This document shows positions 8,019 through 16,200 of a stretch of 64,000 nt of DNA, in pieces. The notes beneath the pieces were generated by a model. That model was given only the letters and a program-made list of their open reading frames with translations. It had not been told where the DNA came from and made no database searches. Origin of the DNA: a virus; IMG/VR virus record IMGVR_UViG_3300021086_000001. One strand, 5' to 3'. The translations under genes and the position numbers were made by a program. The stretch's first letter is position 1, and every line of letters starts with the position of its first letter.

Positions 8019-10214
8019 TTACTTGCTATAGACTTTTGCATTGCCACCTCGTGTATAGACCGTCGCATTTGGCACAAGTGGCACGAGTGCTCCACCACTA
8101 AGATTGCCAATCAGCGTGCCGTATGCTGCAAACGTGATAGAGAGAACAGCTTGCAAGGAAAGCGTTCCTGATAGCGATGAAGTCCCTGCTAGCGTGATAG
8201 CCAGTGCTGTAGACAAGCTCATAGTCCCTGCTAGCGTGCTCTGTCCAGCTATAGTTACAGCAAGGCTTGTCCTGAGTGCGATATTGCCAGCTAGCGAGCC
8301 TGTACCTGCTAAGGTAGTGCCAAGTGCAGCCGTGAGGCTTGCTGTTCCCGCTAATGTGCCTTGCCCTGCCATAGTAGAGGTGAGTGCTGTCTTGGGCGAG
8401 ACAGTCCCTGTAAGCACACCTACACCAGCTAGCGTGCTTACAAGCGACGTGGCTAAGGAAAACGTCCCTGAGAACGTCCCTGTTCCGGTTAATGTCGTAG
8501 CAAGAGCAGTTGTTAGTGAGGGCGTACCTGTGAGCACACCAGTCCCCACAAGGCTTGTAGAGAGCGATGTAGCAAGCGATAGCGTGGTGGCAAGCGTCCC
8601 TACACCAGCCAACGTAACCGCAAAGGAGACGTTCCCACCAGCCGATAGTGTACCGTTAAGCGTGCCCACGCCTGCCATTGTGACAGAGAGTGCCGTGCTG
8701 AGGGAAGGTGTAGCTGAGAGCGTGCCCACACCTGCAAAGGTAACAGACGCAAGTGACACAGAGGCCGATAGTGTCGATGAGAGAGTCCCCATGCCTGCTA
8801 GGGTTGTCGATAGTGCCGCTGTAAGCTGTGGGCTACTCGCAGCAAGGGTGCCAACCCCTGAAAACGTCGCTGCGAGTGCCGTTTTAGCTGTAATCGCCCC
8901 CGTGAGTGTGCTTGTCCCTGAGAGTGTCACGGACAACGCGGTAGTAAGCGAGAAAGCCCCTGTAAGCGTTCCCACGCCAGCTAAGGATACAGGACTAAGT
9001 GAGTACGATGCTGAGAGAACTGGTGTAAGCACACCAACCCCGGGAAGTGTCGCAGAGAGGGATGTACTGAGTTGTGGGCTACTGGCTGCTAGCGTTCCTG
9101 TTCCTACTAGCGTAGCTGAGAGTGCGACGGTAGGTATAGGCACGCGCCGAACAGGGCCACCAAATGTACGCAGTCCATACCTTGCTCTGAATCGAACAGG
9201 GCCACCAAATGTACGCAGTCCATACCAATTCATGCCGTTCACGGATACGGGAAAGAAATTAGTGCTATAATCACTAGCTACTGATTGAATTGTAGCATAT
9301 GCAGCTTTTTGTGTGTAATCTGTATGAAGTAATCCAAAATTCTGTTCTGGATCAGTTGTGTCCGTGCCGTCATCCACAAGATCATAAATACATGCTATAA
9401 GAACATATTGATAACTTTCATGCATTATTTTTGTATAGACGCGTCCGGTATATATTGCTTGATTTGCTTCAGTAGTACTCCCTGACCCGGTATGCGTCGG
9501 CCATCCTACCTCACTCACGATGATTCGTTTATTGCCATCTCCATTGCTATTCATGATAGATTTGAGGTTATCAAGTTCGTTAAACGATGGCGGAAAACTT
9601 GTAAAGTCTGGACTTGCAGGCCATGAGTATGGATGATACCCTACATAATCCATATAGTTTTTTGCGCCATTTGCATACATCTGTGTTAGGAATGTCTCTG
9701 GTGAGATAGCGCCTGTGGGGGACATACCGCCGCTCATAACTTTTGCATATGGAGATGCCGACTTAATAGCAGCATATCCCGCTTGCATCAGGGAGGTATA
9801 GGCAGAAGCAGAAGCAGATGGATACCAATTCCCGTTAGAATTTTGCTCGTTACCGATTTCATAGAGGGGGATCTGTCCCTTATAACGAGCCGCTACAACT
9901 GATATCCATGCTGCATAATCTGCTGGCAGTGGCGGTTGATTTGAAGGAGTTCCGTACCATGCAGGTACATGATATTGCGTTAAAAGGCCTATGATCTGCA
10001 TGCCACGTGAAAGGATAGCATTTACAATAAAATCGTAAGTACTAAAATTCCACGTTCCTAACGACGGTTCTATCGTATTCCAATGGAATTCTTGACGTAC
10101 CCAATGGATACCCGCCGCTTGCATCAGATTTAGTTGTTTGTTGGCATCAGATTGTGAAAGACCTTCCAAATGCGATGAGATGCCAATAGGATTAATTCGT
10201 GGTGCTTTTGTCAT
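8019..10214 (-). CDS. tail spike/fibre: clan GH-A glycoside hydrolase (GH5/GH39-like) plus about 17 x 20-aa repeats
   Basis: WVRQEFHWNTIEP, YEIGNEQN, YHPY, SEVGWP motifs; C-terminal repeats like TTALATTLTGTGTFSGTFSL. Confidence 0.8.
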   Translation of the reverse strand: MTKAPRINPIGISSHLEGLSQSDANKQLNLMQAAGIHWVRQEFHWNTIEPSLGTWNFSTYDFIVNAILSRGMQIIGLLTQYHVPAWYGTPSNQPPLPADYAAWISVVAARYKGQIPLYEIGNEQNSNGNWYPSASASAYTSLMQAGYAAIKSASPYAKVMSGGMSPTGAISPETFLTQMYANGAKNYMDYVGYHPYSWPASPDFTSFPPSFNELDNLKSIMNSNGDGNKRIIVSEVGWPTHTGSGSTTEANQAIYTGRVYTKIMHESYQYVLIACIYDLVDDGTDTTDPEQNFGLLHTDYTQKAAYATIQSVASDYSTNFFPVSVNGMNWYGLRTFGGPVRFRARYGLRTFGGPVRRVPIPTVALSATLVGTGTLAASSPQLSTSLSATLPGVGVLTPVLSASYSLSPVSLAGVGTLTGAFSLTTALSVTLSGTSTLTGAITAKTALAATFSGVGTLAASSPQLTAALSTTLAGMGTLSSTLSASVSLASVTFAGVGTLSATPSLSTALSVTMAGVGTLNGTLSAGGNVSFAVTLAGVGTLATTLSLATSLSTSLVGTGVLTGTPSLTTALATTLTGTGTFSGTFSLATSLVSTLAGVGVLTGTVSPKTALTSTMAGQGTLAGTASLTAALGTTLAGTGSLAGNIALRTSLAVTIAGQSTLAGTMSLSTALAITLAGTSSLSGTLSLQAVLSITFAAYGTLIGNLSGGALVPLVPNATVYTRGGNAKVYSK
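9148..9226. repeat. 34-bp direct repeat (period 45) at the domain junction
   Basis: CGAACAGGGCCACCAAATGTACGCAGTCCATACC at 9148-9181 and 9193-9226; encodes YGLRTFGGPVR twice. Confidence 0.9.
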
Positions 10215-10217
10215 CTA

Positions 10218-10763
10218 TTAAGAAAAACCACCTGAAATGAGTGCGTACAGCTCAATCAAAAGCACGCTATCAGCTACTGTACCTGCTGTAGAAGGCAGCA
10301 CTGTTAGGTTCGTAGCACTCGTTTGCATAATAGCTCCTAGTCCTGCAACTGCCATTGTACGAGTATGCACGCTATCAGCTACGGTATCAAGGAATGCCAG
10401 CCAATATACGCCAGGAGGCAGTACAGCATTCGCAGTCAGGCTTTTTGTGAACATTCCCGCCGCCGCCGCGTTTGCTCCTGTAGATCCTAGACGATTGTTA
10501 GGAGCGCCATTCGTTCCTGTGCTGTCATAGATCCCCAAGTCGCAGTTTCCAGTTGGACTGCCTGAAAACCATGTCCTCATTTGAGCAATGGTTACCTGTG
10601 CATTAATGGTTATAGGAGCAAAAAATGCTCTACCTGCTGTAACAGCCGCTACTACCTGAGAATTCTCTATGCCTGAAAATTCTACAATCAATGGCGCAAC
10701 ACCACCTGTATCTACGCTTGAAGGATATCCCATCATACCTCCTGTATTTGTTGGTTGTGGCAT
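10218..10763 (-). CDS. minor tail protein
   Basis: T/G/A-rich beta-type sequence in the tail-tip cluster. Confidence 0.6.
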   Translation of the reverse strand: MPQPTNTGGMMGYPSSVDTGGVAPLIVEFSGIENSQVVAAVTAGRAFFAPITINAQVTIAQMRTWFSGSPTGNCDLGIYDSTGTNGAPNNRLGSTGANAAAAGMFTKSLTANAVLPPGVYWLAFLDTVADSVHTRTMAVAGLGAIMQTSATNLTVLPSTAGTVADSVLLIELYALISGGFS

Positions 10764-10770
10764 ATTTTAC

Positions 10771-12345
10771 CTACTTTCCATATAAATTCGGTGTAAAAGA
10801 TGCATTACCAGTTGCTACCCATCTGAAACGCCCTGTTGTTCCAAGGGACTGATTATACGCCAGTCCAGGCCCTACACTTGTGCTTATCGGATTTGTGGTA
10901 GAGGTGAGTACGGCTGTTTGCCACAAAGGGTAATAGATACCGTCCGCTCCTTTACGTTCCCAGAAGAACTGTAGATTAGTTGTGATCAATGTCATCGTGA
11001 TATCAATAGAAATTTCACGCAATTTACTTACATCGATATCACCGCTATTGTTGGAGCCGACTGTAGTTTGAGCAGTCGTAAAAAGCGCTGTAGTAGACAA
11101 TCCAACAAGTGCACGCCCTCCTGAAACAATACCTGCAAGCGTAGCCAAATCGACAAAGTCGCCAGCACCAGCCTTTACAGCACCTTTACTGCCTGAAACA
11201 ATACCTGCGAGCGTGTCTAGATCGGTTTTGCTAGCTGCTGTACTTGTATCGATTGCAGCAAGGTGACCACCTTCTGTAGCAGGGGATGTTGGTATTTTGT
11301 TCGTGTTCGTGACGATGGTATCTAGGTCGGTCTTCGAAGCCGCTGTAGCTGTGTCAATCGCGGCAAGATGTCCGCCCTCGGTAGCTGGTGAGGCGGGTAT
11401 CTTATTGGTATTCGTGACGATAGTGTCTAAATCTGCTTTTGCCGCTGCAAGGTTGCCACCGCTCTCTAGTGCTAATGCTGATGTGTTAAGATTCACGCCT
11501 GCATTGGCTATCACCGTACCCTGAATAGGCACAATGACCGTCTTGAATGTCGCAATAGCTGCACACCATGCGTTCGATCCTGACAAAGTGGCACTTGGTG
11601 TGAGAGATGTGTTCTGAGTGTGAAGCCGTGATTGCGTACCAAAGGATACAAGATTGCCGCCTACAGGGGACAGTGATGTGCTATCCAGTTTCCAGTTTGC
11701 GCCGGGCGTGATTGTTCCACCAGCCGCTGCGATTGCCACGAAAGCAAACTCGTTCGGAACAGCGGGAACTACAGCTCCTGTTGATACGCTCGTTGAGCCT
11801 GCGTTGCTTCCTGTGTTTGTTTGATCAAGAGCGCCCGCTACTTCGATAAGCCCAAAGACTTCATAGATTTCCACTGCAATTGCAGTGTTGCTAGAGCTTC
11901 CCCCAGCGATTGTTACCGTGATAGTGTTTGTGCCAGCCAATACATTTGTTGCATAGAATATCGCAGCTTCTAGCGTCGTACTTTGCGATGCGTTCACTGC
12001 TTCAGCGTAGGTATTGCCAAGCGTATCTGTGACAGCCAAGGTGATAGTAGAACCGTTCTCAACTTCACCGAGTCCAACACACACAACAATGGAGTTGCCA
12101 GCTATGTTGTTGCCCACAAAAGCGCATGTGAGTACTTTACCCGCCGATCCTGTTACATTGTGTGCGCTTTGCCATACTCTAGGGCGCAAGAAGGACATCA
12201 CAGGGACAGAGGACTGATTGCTAAACGAGTCCTGATAGGCCCCTGGTTCTGCCACCAACGCAGGAAATGTATTATTTTCCTTTGAGTAGACCGTACTAGG
12301 CGGAATAGTCAAGCTTCCGTCTAACGGCTCATTGCCGAACACCAT
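10771..12345 (-). CDS. tail fibre-like protein with a 35-aa tandem repeat
   Basis: DLDTIVTNTNKIP.SPATEGGHLAAIDT repeated; beta-rich N and C domains. Confidence 0.7.
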   Translation of the reverse strand: MVFGNEPLDGSLTIPPSTVYSKENNTFPALVAEPGAYQDSFSNQSSVPVMSFLRPRVWQSAHNVTGSAGKVLTCAFVGNNIAGNSIVVCVGLGEVENGSTITLAVTDTLGNTYAEAVNASQSTTLEAAIFYATNVLAGTNTITVTIAGGSSSNTAIAVEIYEVFGLIEVAGALDQTNTGSNAGSTSVSTGAVVPAVPNEFAFVAIAAAGGTITPGANWKLDSTSLSPVGGNLVSFGTQSRLHTQNTSLTPSATLSGSNAWCAAIATFKTVIVPIQGTVIANAGVNLNTSALALESGGNLAAAKADLDTIVTNTNKIPASPATEGGHLAAIDTATAASKTDLDTIVTNTNKIPTSPATEGGHLAAIDTSTAASKTDLDTLAGIVSGSKGAVKAGAGDFVDLATLAGIVSGGRALVGLSTTALFTTAQTTVGSNNSGDIDVSKLREISIDITMTLITTNLQFFWERKGADGIYYPLWQTAVLTSTTNPISTSVGPGLAYNQSLGTTGRFRWVATGNASFTPNLYGK

Positions 12346-12380
12346 AGGTGTAGTTCCTCTCTTTGCTGCTTACTCGCTAA

Positions 12381-12806
12381 TTAATCATCTGTCACCTTGA
12401 GCGAAGAAATTGCAAAAGAAGCTACAACTCCGACACCTATAGATTGCGACGTGATTGACGACCAATATAGCAAATTACCAACAGTAGCGGCATCATACAA
12501 AGCTATACCAACCACATTTCCCCATGATGCAGTAGGCGTAGGAAATGTAATAACGGCTGCATTGCTCATTTGTTCTGGTGTTGTGCCAGAGCCGCCGCTC
12601 ACAGGCGCTATGGTGGACCACCCAGACGAACCTACAATAGCCTGTCTCGCATAGGAACCGCCTGACACCTCTACTAGAGCAGTGCCTGTATCATCCGTAG
12701 GCACGGTCGTTAGCAGTGCCACATAGACCGTAGAAGGGAACGTAAATGCTGTCCCCTTCCACATGTTGAGCCACTTGTCTTCGAGATAAACTGACTTACC
12801 TGCCAT
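12381..12806 (-). CDS. conserved phage tail-associated protein
   Basis: YLEDKWL...VYVALLTT.P.D...EVSGGSYARQ...ITFP pattern common in siphovirus tail regions. Confidence 0.7.
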   Translation of the reverse strand: MAGKSVYLEDKWLNMWKGTAFTFPSTVYVALLTTVPTDDTGTALVEVSGGSYARQAIVGSSGWSTIAPVSGGSGTTPEQMSNAAVITFPTPTASWGNVVGIALYDAATVGNLLYWSSITSQSIGVGVVASFAISSLKVTDD

Positions 12807-12895
12807 GTCTTATTCTCCTTTTGTCTTGTGCTACATGATATATGCAGTGATGTACCAACTCTGCAAAACGATATTAGATGAGTTTTCCCAACTTT

Positions 12896-13243
12896 TCAAC
12901 TGCTACCTCCCATAGGCGATATAGCATCTACAATACTTTTTATGGTTGGGTGAGTTGCCTCTAGTGCTTGTGTCTGTGTTGCAATGTACTCTGCAAACGT
13001 GCGCAAGAACTGAGATATCACCACAACCTTGTCCGTTTGTGCTTGTGCATTTTGTACCTGATTAATAAGATTAAACCCATCAGGCGAAAACTGACTTTGC
13101 TGTATTTTCTGCATATCCAGTTGAGCATTGCGCCGCTTCACTAGGTGTTGCAATGCTGCCCCGAAGCTAGCAGGTGACAGCCCAAGCGTTGCTAGCGCTG
13201 CTTCAGCATCGGCTATATCCTGTTGATCTTGTGCAAGTGTCAT
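12896..13243 (-). CDS. hypothetical protein
   Basis: ORF track; co-directional with the late operon. Confidence 0.6.
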   Translation of the reverse strand: MTLAQDQQDIADAEAALATLGLSPASFGAALQHLVKRRNAQLDMQKIQQSQFSPDGFNLINQVQNAQAQTDKVVVISQFLRTFAEYIATQTQALEATHPTIKSIVDAISPMGGSS

Positions 13244-13255
13244 TTGAATTTCCCT

Positions 13256-16200
13256 CTAAAAAGCTTCTAAAAACATCTTTTGCCAACTACCAAGCGATGG
13301 CCCCTCGACAAGCGTCAATTGCCAGTAATACAGCATTGACATTTGACCGCTAGCCGTGACAATGACGACGCTAAGATCCATAGCGGTTATGAGCATGGAC
13401 GCATCGAATAGCCCAAGCTCTGGGATGAAAACAGGGATGTACTGGCCGACTGACAACCCCGTCCGATTGGTTTGGCACGTCAAAGTTCGGCCTATCACTC
13501 CAAACCGTTGCAATGAAGCGTCTCCATAGGCTTGAGCCGCCGATACAGTGAGGTTTTGAGACGATACGTCCTCCACAACCTCTACAATGCCAGATCCCCC
13601 TGTGAGAGCCGCGTATTGTGATTGAGAAGTGGTATTCGGGAAGCCACCCGTATTGTTGCGAACAACTTCCGTTGTGACCTGCCCTATGTAGCCGATGGTG
13701 AAACTGTCCACGAATGGCTGTAAGAGTGTGCCGGATGCGTCTTGGGCAAGGCTGTTCGACCCATAGGCATAATAGAAATCTTTTCCTGTGTCGATCCCTT
13801 TTTGCCCAATGGTTTTAACCTGTCCGTTAACTGAAATGGCTGGAATACCTTCAGCTATGGGGGCTTGGAGTGACCAAGAAGTGGACTTCCCATCACCAGG
13901 ATGAGTTTCTTGGATGATCTGGGTATCCATGACACCTTGCAAAATCTGTCTGTTCCTATAGAGATCTCCCGAATTCTCGACTTTGAGATTGCTATCCAGC
14001 AACACATCGTTGGATGTGAGTATCCAGGGCGCGGGTAAAGCGATGCGTGGTCCGAACAGCATTTCTTTGCTTGGGTCAATTTGCCAATTGCAATCCGACC
14101 GCTTACCAAGGTCATCACAATTGGCAGAAACAGCCTTCCTCCGGTAGTCAGCGGTATCCACCAACGCGCCCAAAGCAATGTTTGGATGCAAAGCTGCTAG
14201 GGTAAGATCTGTCAACTGTGGTGTTTGGGTTGGATCGGTTGAAGACAGGGTTACGCGGGTGTAAGCATTGACCCCAGATAGTGACTGCCCTTGTGGTTGT
14301 ATTCTCAAGTTGTAAAAGTAGGCAGTACCGGATGCTTCTATCAACCCTGCTTTACCAGGGCCAGCAAGGGAGCTATCAGTCGTGTTGATCAAGGTATTCA
14401 CATTATCATCCAACCACACCTTTACAGATGTCCCCACCATTAATACATGAAATCTATGATACGTTCCTCTTATGAATGATATTGCAACATTAGAACCGAT
14501 CTGTGTTTTTGTATTTGCAACGACTTTGTAGAGTTGGATGACATTGGTTAAACCTGCATTAGAGCTTGCATCATATATGTCCAATCCATAGAAATTTGAA
14601 GCATCGGATTGTCTCCACACCAGTCCTCCACGATCAACTTGATCCGTGTCAACGATAAGATCAACATCTTTATTCGAGTTGATGGGTTGAGCAATGAGAG
14701 AGCCTACAGAGTAGAAGCTGTCAGGACTCGACTGGTTGTTGTATTCCGTGCCAAGCCAGCCAGCGGCACGCACTGAGTTAGAGTACCGGACCTCATCAAT
14801 GTCCCCTTGGAAAAACCCGCCGACCCATGATTTACCGCCTATTCGGAGTGGGTTGGTTACCGCTTGCGGGGTAACGCTGGACTGTGATGAGTCCTGAACA
14901 CCATTGAAGTAGATAATCACCGTGCTACTGGCATAGGTAACATCTATTTTTGTCCAAGTATTCAATGGTATCTTGGCAGTTGAGAACTTGTCTTGAGATC
15001 CAGCAGGCCACCACCAGAGACGTCCTGTGGTGTCTATGCCGATAATGTATCCATTAGTATTTCCGCTCTCGTTGCGGTCAATGATAGTGGCCCCATAGGA
15101 GCCGAACGCGACTGCAAAGGATGCTTGATTAAAGGCTGAGGGATTAATCCAGAAACTATAGGTTAGGGTTGCAACCGTGTTGAGACTAGCGGCATTGGGG
15201 ACGTTTACATAATCGCTTGTGCCATTGTAGGAAAGCGATCTGCCAACTTGTCCATCTACTGTTAGCGCATTGGTGTTTTGCTGTGCCGTGCCATCGTTGG
15301 CATTAGAAGTGCTCTCATTTACAAGAGTACTAGCAGCGTTGTCGTACCCATGCATGACAAGTTTGAAGTTGCTATCCCATACACCAGTAACAAATTCTTG
15401 AGAAGTCGTGATAGATGCATTCCCGAAATACATGTAAAATACAGTGTCAACTGTATGGGATACAGTAGCCACACTGACCCACATGAAGATTTCGCCTGCT
15501 ACCGGATCATAGCTCTCAATCTCGAAGAAAAGACCGCCTGTCTCCGTTGAATCCGAGAAAACAATATCGTAGCCATTGATATTCTGAACGAGCCCGCGAT
15601 TAGCCACATTTGCAAGGCTTGGATCGGTGATGTGAACGAGGACAGGGAAGCTGGATAGGTCAGAGCTTCCAACGACTTTGGTATGATCAATGGTTAATTT
15701 CTTCTTGTACCCATAGCCTGTGTTGTACCAGGCTGGACTTGAAAGCTGCATGTCGTTGGTACCACCTGAAACAGTCACACGTGAATTAGAGGTATCCCAT
15801 ACCCATGTACCCGCGCTTCCCCCTGTCCTTGCAAGGTGGATGTAGTTGAGATGATCATCCACTGCAAAGGTATCCAAGAATGGCAAGGGCTGTCCAGCTA
15901 TGCCAGCGATAGGACCGCCATTATTGACGTTAGTCCAAGATCCTGATCCCGTTGGACTTGTAGCAACAACTATAGATGTTCCTAGTGGGGTTACCACATC
16001 CCAATTCGCTACAGTATTTCCAGCTATCAGGGCATTGGAGAGGGAAAGCGCGGGCGATATACGGGTGCCGGAGCTGCTAAATCCTCCCAAGGCATAGGCC
16101 GTGAGGTACTGAATTGCAGGGAGGATAGTAGAAGAATTGGTAGCAAATATGATTTGAAAGAGAACACTGACACCAGATAATGATTGCCCTAATGTGAGGT

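Noticed and set aside
8104-9270. 388-aa + strand ORF
   Set aside because: Antisense shadow of the Thr/Ala/Gly/Leu repeat region of the spike gene; no RBS and a mirror-image composition.
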